In this document: positions 19,423 through 28,596 of the stretch, in pieces
Position numbering within the stretch: position 1 is the stretch's first letter
Layout: every line of letters begins with the position of its first letter
Assembly: GCA_965262115.1 (NCBI GenBank)
Contig: OZ253496.1
Span: 384,001 to 448,000 of the forward strand
Direction: 5' to 3'
DNA length: 64,000 bases
Source: Nitrospinales bacterium
GTDB lineage: Bacteria > Nitrospinota > Nitrospinia > Nitrospinales > VA-1
Translations under genes and position numbers: made by a program
The notes under the pieces: model-generated
Told to the model about the DNA's origin: nothing
The model's input: the letters and a program-made list of their open reading frames with translations, nothing else
Databases searched by the model: none

Positions 19423-19620
19423 CCTGGATTCAGTTTGCAAGTGCGACTCACTTGTCGGTAGAAGGGCAAACTGCAATAATATCGCGGTTTTTCTCACCGC
19501 AAAAAGTAAGAGGAGCACCGGTGAGCGGTTACACACAGCGGAACAATAATACCAGATTGAAGCACTCATAAAAACAGGGCATGACCAGAAAAGGACCGCC
19601 CATGTACAATCAACTCTCAT
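19423..19620 (+). mobile_element. IS30-family left-end remnant
   Basis: GGATTCAGTTTGCAAGTGCGAC end motif plus broken ORF (MSGYTQ / EQ*YQIEALIKTGHDQ) resembling the IS30 transposase HTH start. Confidence 0.6.
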
Positions 19621-20096
19621 GAATAAAATCATCAGGAAATGGGGGCTCAATAAGACAAAAAGCTTTTCAAATGAAAAGCTTCGCTTAGCATGGTTCGTTA
19701 GAGGAGATCAACATCAACATAGGGTCGGTAGCTTTCTATTTAGAGCCGCGATTAATTGGTGATTACAGTTTAGAAAGTCCTGCCAATTGGGTTTTCGAGA
19801 TTATTCATCCAGACTCATCCAATAAAAACCGGAGATAGTCTATCGAAGTAACATTATCACAGAAGGATGATTCTCTAATTAGGCTTGTTTGATCATCCCC
19901 CGTGTCCAGAGTCACGGGGGATGATCAGGTAACTTACCGTGGCAAAAAAGTCGATATAATTCCCCATGTAAAAGATGGTAATAAGTTCCCTAATATCATT
20001 CGAGTTCATTTTTACCCTGACCCGGAACGGCAGATCATCGTTGTTGGCCATTGCGGTGGGCATTTAGATAACTTTACCACAAAGGGACTGAATTAA
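19620..20096 (+). pseudogene. Fragmented cassette gene
   Basis: Pieces WVFEIIHPD..RR*SIEV and HVKDGNKFPNIIRVHFYPDPERQIIVVGHCGGHL; ends 1 nt before attC. Confidence 0.55.
19890..19927. repeat. 38-bp IS3-type IR-IR palindrome
   Basis: TGATCATCCCCCGTG-N8-CACGGGGGATGATCA, perfect 15-bp arms. Confidence 0.8.
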
Positions 20097-20097
20097 C

Positions 20098-20198
20098 GTT
20101 TAACAAGGCAAATGCACTCGGACAGTTAAAAACGGCACAGCTTTCCGCTATGCTACAGCCACACTGCCTTTTGCTGCCGATGATTTGCAACGTTATAT
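20098..20198 (+). other. Integron attC recombination site (solo)
   Basis: R'' GTTTAAC, R' GTTATAT; GCAAAT/ATTTGC and TCGG/CCGA stems with unpaired extra bases; directly after a stop codon. Confidence 0.8.
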
Positions 20199-20280
20199 TT
20201 CACTGGAGTATCGAAAATGGCTAAATCTGTAAAAATGCTTTTCGTTACTAATCCAGCTGATACTTTCCAGGCATTGATAC

Positions 20281-21180
20281 CTATTTGATCCCGAAATTTT
20301 CAGAGGCACCTTTTTCCGATATAACTTTTGACGCGCACCGGAATCCGACATTCTCAAAAAAATCATTAGGGCTGGCCTCGGTGCGGGTGAACGCATAGCG
20401 GTAAGCAGGCAAAAAATAATGCCCGGCCTTCTGGAACCCGTTTCCCCTTAACACTTTTAGTTCCTTGCCAAACTTGGGGTCCGATTTGGAATTTCCCGGG
20501 TAAGGAAGGTACCAGTCCTGAGTCCACTCCATAACATTGCCGGACAAACCATAAATTTTATAAGGGCTAACATCTTCGGGCCAGGCGGTGACCGGCGCTG
20601 TTTTGCGGTCTCCATCAATGCCTAGATTCGCCTTGCCTTTAACAAACTCCTTCCCCCATGGATACGGCAGGCCGTTTGGTCCTCGTGCTGACTTTTCCCA
20701 TTGCGCTTCGGTAGGAAGCTGTTTTCCTGCCCACATGCAATAGGACCAACCCTCCCACCAGGTGACCTGGGTGACAGGGTGTGAAGCCTGCTCTTCAGGA
20801 AAAACTCCGTCTACCCAATGGGCAGGCCGATCGGTGAACTGGGTGGCTTTTAGAAATCTTTGATACTCCTCATTGGTCACTTCATAACGGTCCATATAAA
20901 ACGGATCGAGAAACAGTTTCCTCTCCGGGTGCTGATCGAGATAAAGAGGTTTAACCGCGCCAATTTTTTTATGCGTACCCTCCGTATCAACCTTGTCCGT
21001 TCCCATGATAAATTCGCCGGAAGGAACCAAAACCATTTCTTTTTGATCCCTCTCGGAAACTTTTATCGGAGATAAAGGCCCCTCTTTATTTTCACAGTCG
21101 CAGGACCCGCATCCCGCAAGAAAAAACGAAAGCAATATGAAAACAGCTGGGGTATAGTAGCCAAACCAAAAACACCTCAC
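20281..21180 (-). CDS. FGE-sulfatase (SUMF1/PvdO) domain lipoprotein
   Basis: Lipobox LAGC; LPTEAQWEKSARG, GNVMEW, GFRC; catalytic Cys pair absent; start approximate. Confidence 0.85.
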   Translation of the reverse strand: MRCFWFGYYTPAVFILLSFFLAGCGSCDCENKEGPLSPIKVSERDQKEMVLVPSGEFIMGTDKVDTEGTHKKIGAVKPLYLDQHPERKLFLDPFYMDRYEVTNEEYQRFLKATQFTDRPAHWVDGVFPEEQASHPVTQVTWWEGWSYCMWAGKQLPTEAQWEKSARGPNGLPYPWGKEFVKGKANLGIDGDRKTAPVTAWPEDVSPYKIYGLSGNVMEWTQDWYLPYPGNSKSDPKFGKELKVLRGNGFQKAGHYFLPAYRYAFTRTEASPNDFFENVGFRCASKVISEKGASENFGIK

Positions 21181-21199
21181 CGTGCAACCTCTCAAGCTC

Positions 21200-22354
21200 A
21201 TGAATAAAATAAAAACCATTATATTCATTTTTTTCGCAGGTGCGAACTTTATCCCGGTAGATACTACCAACGCTTTCCCTGTGTCCGAAAAGACTTCAGC
21301 GATGCCCTGGCCGCATATCCTGAAAACACAAACCTTCTCCCTCAATACCAGAAATATTAAAGTGCTGACCTCTCATGACCGGCATCTATGGATGGGAACC
21401 GGACTGGGAGTCATCCGCTATGACACCCGCACCAGCGAGAACTATGAAATCTATGACAATCAGAACCATTTACTCAGCAATGGAATTTTCGCCATTAGTT
21501 TTGATTCCGAAAACCGGCCCTGGGTCGGAAGCTACGGCGGCGGACTCAGCCACTTTGATGGAAAGGAATGGAACCATTACAACACCCCCGAAGGGTTGAA
21601 CGATGCCTTTGTCTACGATATCGAATTCGATAAAAAATCCCTGTGGCTCGCAACCTGGAGCGGCGTGAACCGGGTGACCGGGAACCCCGCATCAAGAAAG
21701 AACTGGCAAAGTTTTACTGTCGAAAATACCGATGGCGGCCTGATCGATAACTGGGTCTATGCCATCGAAATTGAACCGTCTGGAAAAGTCTGGTTCGGCA
21801 CCTAATCTGGCATCTCCTCACTTCATAACGGCAAATGGAAAGCCCTCAATCATCGGGATGGACTCGGAGCCCCTCACGAAAAGGTGAGACAGGAAAACCA
21901 GGGGGCCATGCCGCTCTTTCAAGGCCAGCATCATTCAGCCTCGCCTTCCATTCCCAATTTGCAAAGCTCCGACTATCGACCCAACTACGTGATTTCCATG
22001 TTACTCGACCAGAAAAACCGCTTGTGGATCGGAACCTGGGGTGGAGGCTTGAGCCTGCTGGATACCGATACCTTAACATTTCGCAATTTCACCGCGAAGG
22101 ATGGACTGCCGGGAAACTTCATCCTTTCATTGGAAGCAGACGGGTCAGGAGGACTATGGATCGGCACCAATGACGGTTTGAGCCGATTTGACGGAAAAAC
22201 CTTTCAAAATTTTTCAGCGATCAACGGATTAAAATCAAAATTTATATTCAGTATTGAAGCAACCTCCGACCATTCCCTCTGGATGGGCAGCAACCGCTCG
22301 CTGACCAGGATGATTCTAGACCCTGAAACCGGTATCCCGCTGAATATCAATTAA
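21200..22354 (+). pseudogene. Two-component-regulator propeller repeat protein with internal TAA
   Basis: LWIGT.GGGL repeats; in-frame TAA at 21803-21805 (WFGT*SG) with the frame continuing to 22354. Confidence 0.8.
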
Positions 22355-22635
22355 AATTCCTCGTCATCAGGATCGTCCTCCACAAAGGCTTCATCCACCT
22401 GAGCCTGCTCGGCCTCATCCACCAGTGCCTTGATTTGTTCATAACCCGTTGCCAGCTTCTGAATATTGACCAATAAAGTTATCAATTCCGCATCCTTGCA
22501 TTCGCGCATTCCTGCCACAAGAGAACCCCGGTCGTCTTCTTCATATTTCTTATCCCATTTCTCAAAAACGCTGAGAATTTTGTTCTTACAATGAATCAAG
22601 TCATAAAAAAAGGTCTGAATTTCTATTTTTGGCAT
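22351..22635 (-). CDS. Hypothetical acidic protein
   Basis: 94-aa ORF with AGGA RBS and protein-like composition. Confidence 0.75.
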   Translation of the reverse strand: MPKIEIQTFFYDLIHCKNKILSVFEKWDKKYEEDDRGSLVAGMRECKDAELITLLVNIQKLATGYEQIKALVDEAEQAQVDEAFVEDDPDDEEF

Positions 22636-22832
22636 AACATTCCTAAATTAAAATATTGAACTGAGTTACACATTAAGAACCGATCTTTACACAAAGGACC
22701 CCAGAAAGGACCCACTAACTGCAAAGTCGTTCCGCTTTTTTATTTACACATTTTACAACCCTGATATTATAGGCGGAGTGCCTCCGCAGGCAAATAGCAA
22801 TATCTCCAACTTTAACTATTTTTTAGAGGCTT

Positions 22833-23315
22833 ATGTCAGAAGAAGACCGATTCAAAGACAACGAAAATGGCACCCTGATCGACACCAAGTATAACTTGAC
22901 CTGGACCAAGGAAGACAGCTATCAAATGCGCAACAAGTGGTGCTCCTGGAAAGGTGCCAACAATTATATAGACTGGCTCAACGAACAAAAATTTGCCGGC
23001 TACGATGACTGGAGACTGCCTAAAAGCCAGGAATGCAGAAACCTGTATGATCATGAATGCAAGAATACCGATTTTAATGGCGACATTGTTCATCTCGACT
23101 ATAAATTCCCTGAAGGCTGCGGCTCCACATACTGGTGCCAGGAAGAACATGGAACCAACGCCATGGCCTATAATTTTTACAGCGACCGGGCCTATCAGGT
23201 GAGGAAAAAAGCAAAGGATGAGGAAAACATGTGTTGCCGGGCTATCCGCACCTCCGGGCCAGCGGTGAAAAAGAGCGGTCGATTATCCAGCACGGGACGG
23301 TCACGAAAAGAGTAA
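22833..23315 (+). CDS. DUF1566/Lcl domain protein
   Basis: RFKDNENGTLID..LTW, FAGYDDWRLP. Confidence 0.85.
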   Translation: MSEEDRFKDNENGTLIDTKYNLTWTKEDSYQMRNKWCSWKGANNYIDWLNEQKFAGYDDWRLPKSQECRNLYDHECKNTDFNGDIVHLDYKFPEGCGSTYWCQEEHGTNAMAYNFYSDRAYQVRKKAKDEENMCCRAIRTSGPAVKKSGRLSSTGRSRKE

Positions 23316-23455
23316 CCGGGCCCCGCCCGGTGGGAACTAGCAATAACTCGTTGCGCCGAGAAAATGATTGCCCATAAAATAAACACAATGCTAATTCCCT
23401 CCCACGGGAGTGGGGCCGGGCCACGCCCGGTAGGAACAAGCTCTACGCCTTTGGC
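23316..23455. repeat. Repeat family A, copy 3, mosaic with CCGGGC..GCCCGG hairpins
   Basis: GCGCCGAGAAAA..TTGCCC..TAAA core plus CTCTACGCC end. Confidence 0.65.
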
Positions 23456-23526
23456 TGTCGCATTAAGGTTTCACCAGGCCCTTAACCGAATAATAACTCA
23501 GTATTGCATTCTGATAACACCTATTC

Positions 23527-24672
23527 ATGGCACACCATCGCGCGACTCGCGCTGAAATTGATCTGCAGGCCTTTCGCCACAATTTTCAAAACCTGAGAAA
23601 CTATCTAGCCCCTCAAATCCGTATCATGGCGGTCGTCAAAGCCGATGCTTACGGCCATGGCGCCATACCTTGTGCGCGGATCGCGGTTGACAGCGGCGCA
23701 GACTATCTCGGAGCCGGAGTGATTGAAGAAGGTATCGAGTTCAGGGAAAGTGGCCTTGATGCCCCTATCCTGATACTGGGTAGTATTTTCCCCGATGAGG
23801 CGAAAGATTTGGTCCGTCACGATCTTGCCACCATACTTTGCACCCTGCCCCTGGCCCAGGCTCTTTCAAAGGAAGCCAGAAAACAGGACAAAACAGTATC
23901 GGTTCACATCAAGGTGGACACCGGAATGAACCGTCTGGGAGTCTCTCCAGAAAATTTGCCCGGACTTCTGGATCAAATTTACAACTTACCAAATCTAAAA
24001 ATTGAAGGCATCTCCACCCATTTTTCCTCTGCCGATGATGAAGACCTTCCCATCACTCAGGCACAGCTAGAAAAATTTCAAACCGCCCTTGCTATTTTGC
24101 AAAAGCGAGGTGTGTCCGCACCGTTGCTCCATTGCGCCAACACTTCCGCCTTGTTCAAGTTTCCGGAAAGCCGTTTCAATATGGTCCGCCCGGGGCTCAT
24201 CCTTTATGGTGCTCTTCCCTCCCCGTCCCTGCAGGCGGTCCTCGACCGGGAAAAAAGACTGACTCCGTTTCAGCCAGTCATGCAGTGGAAAAGCCAGATC
24301 ATTCTGGTCAAGTCGATTGCCAAAGGCCAACCTGTCAGCTATTCAGGAAGTTTCACGACTCAAAGAAACAGCATCATCGCAACCCTGCCCATCGGTTATG
24401 CAGACGGACTCCACCGCAACCTGTCGAACAAAATGGAAGTCCTTATCCGAGGCAAGCGTGTGCCTCAAATTGGAAATATCTGCATGGATATGACGGTTAT
24501 CGATGTCACTAGGATTACTGATGTTCAGGCAGGAGATGAAGTCGTCTTGTTCGGAAGACAGGAAAACCAGGTGATATCGGTGGAGGAACTTGCAGTGAAA
24601 GGAGAAACCATTCCTTACGAAATTCTCTGCAATGTCGGCAAACGAGTACCTCGGGTTTATCTCAATGGATAA
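23527..24672 (+). CDS. alr: Alanine racemase
   Basis: AVVKADAYGHG, HIKVDTGMNRLG, GYADG, CMD. Confidence 0.97.
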   Translation: MAHHRATRAEIDLQAFRHNFQNLRNYLAPQIRIMAVVKADAYGHGAIPCARIAVDSGADYLGAGVIEEGIEFRESGLDAPILILGSIFPDEAKDLVRHDLATILCTLPLAQALSKEARKQDKTVSVHIKVDTGMNRLGVSPENLPGLLDQIYNLPNLKIEGISTHFSSADDEDLPITQAQLEKFQTALAILQKRGVSAPLLHCANTSALFKFPESRFNMVRPGLILYGALPSPSLQAVLDREKRLTPFQPVMQWKSQIILVKSIAKGQPVSYSGSFTTQRNSIIATLPIGYADGLHRNLSNKMEVLIRGKRVPQIGNICMDMTVIDVTRITDVQAGDEVVLFGRQENQVISVEELAVKGETIPYEILCNVGKRVPRVYLNG

Positions 24673-25572
24673 TCAGTCCATTTTTAATTCGGAAAGATTC
24701 TTCACCCCATTCGACAAACAATACTGGCGGATTCCATCAATAACGTGAAGGGTGGAAGCCGGGTCGATAAAGTTGGCGGTTCCTATTTGCACCGCTTTGG
24801 CCCCCGCCAGTAAAAACTCCACTGCATCTTCACCGCCCGTTATTCCGCCAATCCCAATAACAGGAATTTTCACCGTCCGCACTGTCTGATATACCAGATT
24901 TAAGGCCAGGGGTTTGATGGCAGGCCCCGAAAGCCCCCCCGTTCTATTAGCCAAATGAGGCTTTCTGGTTTTCAAATCAATCGACATTCCCACAAAAGTA
25001 TTGCACACCGACAAAGCATCGGCTCCGGCATTTTCTGCGGCCTTGGCCAGCAAGGTGATATCCGTAACGTTGGGAGACAATTTGACAATCAAATACTTTC
25101 CCGTCACTTTTCTAACTGATGAGACCACTTCTTCCAAAACTTCCGGGTCGGAACTGAATTGCAAGCCTCCCTGTTCCACATTAGGACAGGAAACATTCAT
25201 CTCCAGAGCATCCAACCGTTCCACATTCGACAAGGCCTGGGCCATCTCTATATATTCCTGGGTAGTGTCGCCGAAAAAATTAACGATAATACGGGTGTTT
25301 AAATTTTCCAGCTGCGGGAGCTTCTCGGATAAAAAAACCTCCAGCCCGATATTCTCCAATCCTATTGCGTTGAGCATACCGGAAGAGGTTTCAATCACCC
25401 TAGGTACGGGGTTACCGGTTTTCGGTTTCAAAGAAAGCCCCTTTGTGGAAAACCCGCCCAGAGCATTCAAATCCACAAGCTCACGGTACTCCAAACCATA
25501 GCCAAAGGTTCCAGAAGCCGCAATGACCGGATTATTCAAACGCAAACTGCCTAAATTGACCGACAGATCCAT
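24673..25572 (-). CDS. pyrD: Dihydroorotate dehydrogenase class 1B catalytic subunit
   Basis: ASGTFGYG, NAIGL, NVSCPNV, VKLSPNV, GGLSGPAIKP. Confidence 0.95.
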   Translation of the reverse strand: MDLSVNLGSLRLNNPVIAASGTFGYGLEYRELVDLNALGGFSTKGLSLKPKTGNPVPRVIETSSGMLNAIGLENIGLEVFLSEKLPQLENLNTRIIVNFFGDTTQEYIEMAQALSNVERLDALEMNVSCPNVEQGGLQFSSDPEVLEEVVSSVRKVTGKYLIVKLSPNVTDITLLAKAAENAGADALSVCNTFVGMSIDLKTRKPHLANRTGGLSGPAIKPLALNLVYQTVRTVKIPVIGIGGITGGEDAVEFLLAGAKAVQIGTANFIDPASTLHVIDGIRQYCLSNGVKNLSELKMD

Positions 25573-25593
25573 GGCGGACTCTTCCTTATCTTA

Positions 25594-25622
25594 TTGACAA
25601 TTAAGGACTTATCAGATATATT
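25594..25622 (+). promoter_or_regulatory. Sigma70-type promoter for SPOR gene
   Basis: TTGACA-N17-TATATT. Confidence 0.55.
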
Positions 25623-25752
25623 TTTCAATATATGAGGTGGACAGGGTTAAACACTCCCTGTGTTTTTATATCCTAACATTCGTAACTGGAGTTGTCCCCA
25701 ATAATTAAAACAGCAATATATTTATAAAACCATTTAACAGGGGCCCCCGATC

Positions 25753-26769
25753 ATGCTGGAAATTAAAGAACAGGAAACATTACCTTTCGAAGAGAACAAC
25801 CAACCTCCAGAAGAAATAAATAAATACAACAAACGAATTGATGACCTCATTGAAGACGCCGAAATTGAAGCAGAAATGGAAGCGGAAAAAAATATCAGGT
25901 CAAAAAATTCACGCATGTTTTCCATTTCCATGATCGGCATCGGACTGTTAGGACTGGTTTATTCCCAAGTCAATCATCAAACCCCTGTTACTCCGGTCGA
26001 ATCGGAAAAAGAAGCCCAAGCAAAAAAACCTGAAACCGCAGAAGAGAGTTTGGCCAAGCAGGTTCCTGTGGTAGAAGATGGGTCAAGCGGCTCCAATATA
26101 CCAATTGCGCAACCTTCCGGTCCGGTAACGCCTATAGTGGGACCCAATCCGTTCCTCACCCCGTCAAAAACCAAAAGTACACCAACAAGGGCAAAAGGCA
26201 CCAAGTCCCCGGCAAAGATTCAGCAAACAAAAAAAACAACTCAGGTAGATAAAGTATCCACAAGCGCTAAACCAAAATCCATATCTAAAAACACACCCTC
26301 GGTAACAAAAAGTGAAAGCTCAAGGTTCTATATTCAGGCGGGCGCGTTCGGCGTCAGGAAAAATGCTGAATCGCTTGTAAAACAACTTAAGGGCAAAGGT
26401 TTTTCACCCTCGATTCAGACGCGTTCGCAAAAATTAAATTGGCATGTTGTGACAGTTGGAAGCTTCACCAACAAAAAGGCTGGAAGCGGTACGTTAAAAG
26501 AACTGACCCGCAATGGATTCGAAGCCTCCTATTACAAAAGCAGCAAAAACTCCTTCAACCTCAAAGTCGGCCAATTCAAAAACCTTCAAGATGCTCAGAA
26601 AGTGCAGGATCGCCTGAGCATAAAGGGGTTTTTATCCGAATCGCACAAGGCGAATGTACCTGTTAAAACTTATATGGTGCAACTGGGAGTTTTCCCCAGC
26701 CGCGAAAAAGCTCGGCTCACCCAGGAAAAACTGGCCCGGGCAGGATATCCAAAAACATTCCTACGCTAA
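25753..26769 (+). CDS. SPOR-domain cell-division protein
   Basis: TM, P/K/T-rich linker, repeated (I/V)QxG(A/V)F SPOR motifs. Confidence 0.85.
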   Translation: MLEIKEQETLPFEENNQPPEEINKYNKRIDDLIEDAEIEAEMEAEKNIRSKNSRMFSISMIGIGLLGLVYSQVNHQTPVTPVESEKEAQAKKPETAEESLAKQVPVVEDGSSGSNIPIAQPSGPVTPIVGPNPFLTPSKTKSTPTRAKGTKSPAKIQQTKKTTQVDKVSTSAKPKSISKNTPSVTKSESSRFYIQAGAFGVRKNAESLVKQLKGKGFSPSIQTRSQKLNWHVVTVGSFTNKKAGSGTLKELTRNGFEASYYKSSKNSFNLKVGQFKNLQDAQKVQDRLSIKGFLSESHKANVPVKTYMVQLGVFPSREKARLTQEKLARAGYPKTFLR

Positions 26770-26770
26770 C

Positions 26771-26849
26771 CTACCAGGCGTAGGGCCAGCGTGCAATATC
26801 TTTATCTTGCAAACAAATGTTTTCTCGGCACAAGGAGTCCTTGCCCAGT
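26771..26849 (+). repeat. Repeat family A, copy 4
   Basis: GGCGTAGGGCCAG..TGCAAT..TTCTCGGC..TTGCCCAGT right after stop. Confidence 0.7.
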
Positions 26850-26887
26850 CAGCCCCCTGCTAAGGAGACCTTTGCATAACCCCGGAT

Positions 26888-26906
26888 TACCCCTGCGGGG
26901 CACGAA
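26888..26906 (-). mobile_element. Micro-element B, copy 4 (truncated)
   Basis: TACCCCTGCGGGGCACGAA at the same site in C as B9. Confidence 0.6.
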
Positions 26907-27185
26907 TTGATCTTCCCCTCTCATGAGGGGAGGCAAGGCGTAGCCGCGGAGGGGTGTGGATTATTTTTACGGAATTCATAATCCAACCCTCCCCTGGCCC
27001 CTCCCTATGAAGGGAGGGGAAATTTCTGCTTCCGCATTTTCTACTTACGCAAAGGTCTCCCTCGGAGGGGAGAGGAACTTAATAGTTGAGGAGGACATCC
27101 ACCTACGGAAAAATATAACATGATCTTCCCCTGAATTGGTGGACACATCGAAAAGTGTGGATAATACACTTTTGGAGGTGTTTTT

Positions 27186-27520
27186 ATGGGAACCAAACGC
27201 AGGAGTTTCAGTAAAGAATTCAAGTTAGAAGCGGTTCGATTGGTTATTGAAGTAGGCGATAGCATTGCCCGGGTGTCCCGGGATCTGGGAATCCGTTCTG
27301 CCCTTCTGGGTCGCTGGAAACAGGAGTATGAGGAGGATCAGGGGAATGCGTTTCCCGGCAAAGGACAGCTTAAGCCGGGAGATGAGTTGCAGCAGTTGCG
27401 GCGAGAAAACGCTCGCCTTCGTATGGAGCGGGACATATTAAAAAAGGCGGCAGTTATCTTTGTGATGTCCTCTTCATTTGTCTTCATGCCACGAAGGGGT
27501 ACTCGAAGGGTTCCCAATGA
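27186..27520 (+). pseudogene. IS3 OrfA (HTH), 3' end disrupted by a 41-bp insertion
   Basis: RRSFSKEFKLEAV...ERDILKKAA; removing 27461-27501 restores IFSKGSQ* overlapping the orfB ATG. Confidence 0.85.
27461..27501 (+). mobile_element. Micro-element B, copy 5 (in IS3 frameshift window)
   Basis: tgtgatgtcc...cttcatgccacgaaggggta, no TSD. Confidence 0.8.
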
Positions 27521-28380
27521 GATATCGGTTTATACGGGATCATCGAGAAGCATTTCCGGTAAGCCCGATGTGCCGGGTTCTGGAAGTGGGACGAAGTGGG
27601 TTCTATGCCTGGCTGAGCCGCCCCGAGAGCCTGAGGAGCCGTGAGAAGCAGCGATGGGTTGATGAGATCAAAACCGTTTATAAGAAGAGTCGCCAGACTT
27701 ATGGCAGTCCCAGAATTCATGAGGACTTGAAAGACAAGGGATATGCCATTGGCAGGCATCGTATTGCCTGTCTTATGCGCGAGCATGGAATCGTTGCCAA
27801 GCACAAAAGAAAGTTTAGGGTGACAACCGATTCCAAACATAATCACCCGGTGGCAAAAAACAAACTGCAACGGCGGTTTAATGTTGCTGAGCCCGGTCAA
27901 TGCTGGGTTTCGGATATCACCTATATCCCGACTCAAGAGGGCTGGTTATACCTTGCGGTGACGCTGGATTTATTCCACCGTAAAGTTATTGGTTGGGCCA
28001 TGGATCGTTGGATAACCCGTTGGTTGGTAATGAGAGCTTTAAATATGGCAATGAAGAACGGCGGCATGAAACCGGGATTGATTCACCATTCTGACCGGGG
28101 GGTTCAATATGCCTGCAACGATTTTCAAGCCTTGCTCAATGTTCATGGGATAGAGTGCAGTATGAGCCGGAAGGGCGATTGCTGGGATAACGCCGTGGCG
28201 GAGAGTTTTTTCCATACTCTCAAAGTGGAACTCATTCATAACCGGAACTACAAAACCCGTCAGCAAGCAAAGAAGGATATTTTTGAATATATCGAAGTGT
28301 TTTATAATCGGCAACGCCGTCACTAATATCTCGGCTATCTCAGCCCTGCCGAATTCGAGAAACAGGCCTATGCCTCTTAA
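27517..28380 (+). pseudogene. IS3 OrfB DDE transposase with late nonsense codon
   Basis: [36 protein letters not shown] with TAA at 28324-28326. Confidence 0.9.
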
Positions 28381-28470
28381 CTAACTGTCCACTAAAACAG
28401 GGGAAGATCATCTCGCTTTTCTGCTTTATAGACTTACGCAAAGGTCTCCCTGCTAAGGGGCGGAGTAACT

Positions 28471-28532
28471 CCGCTGGTAAATTGCAATGGCCTACTGGCG
28501 AATTATCTCAGCACAAAGAGTCCTTGCCCAGT
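28471..28532 (+). repeat. Repeat family A, copy 5 (partial)
   Basis: TTGCAAT..TCTCAGCACAAAGAGTCCTTGCCCAGT, similar to copy 4. Confidence 0.6.
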
Positions 28533-28596
28533 TACCTCCCCTCTTATTCCTGTGATATGATGGCGCGCTATTATCGTATTTCACTTAGGGCTTAAA

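Larger units (their letters stand above)
27121..28410 (+). mobile_element. IS3-family insertion sequence (inactivated)
   Basis: IRL TGATCTTCCCCTGAATTGGTGGACAC, IRR rc TGATCTTCCCCTGTTTTAGTGGACAG; orfA/orfB; A6G slippery site 27440-27446. Confidence 0.95.
26865..28448 (-). mobile_element. MITE C, copy 2, enclosing the IS3 element
   Basis: TIRs GAGACCTTTGCATAA / TTACGCAAAGGTCTC; direct repeat CCTGCTAAG at 26856-26864 and 28449-28457; extra internal TIR ending 27059. Confidence 0.8.

Noticed and set aside
21803..21805. Selenocysteine/pyrrolysine or genetic-code reassignment at in-frame stops
   Set aside because: The stops are TAA, which ends many normal genes here; single substitutions explain them.
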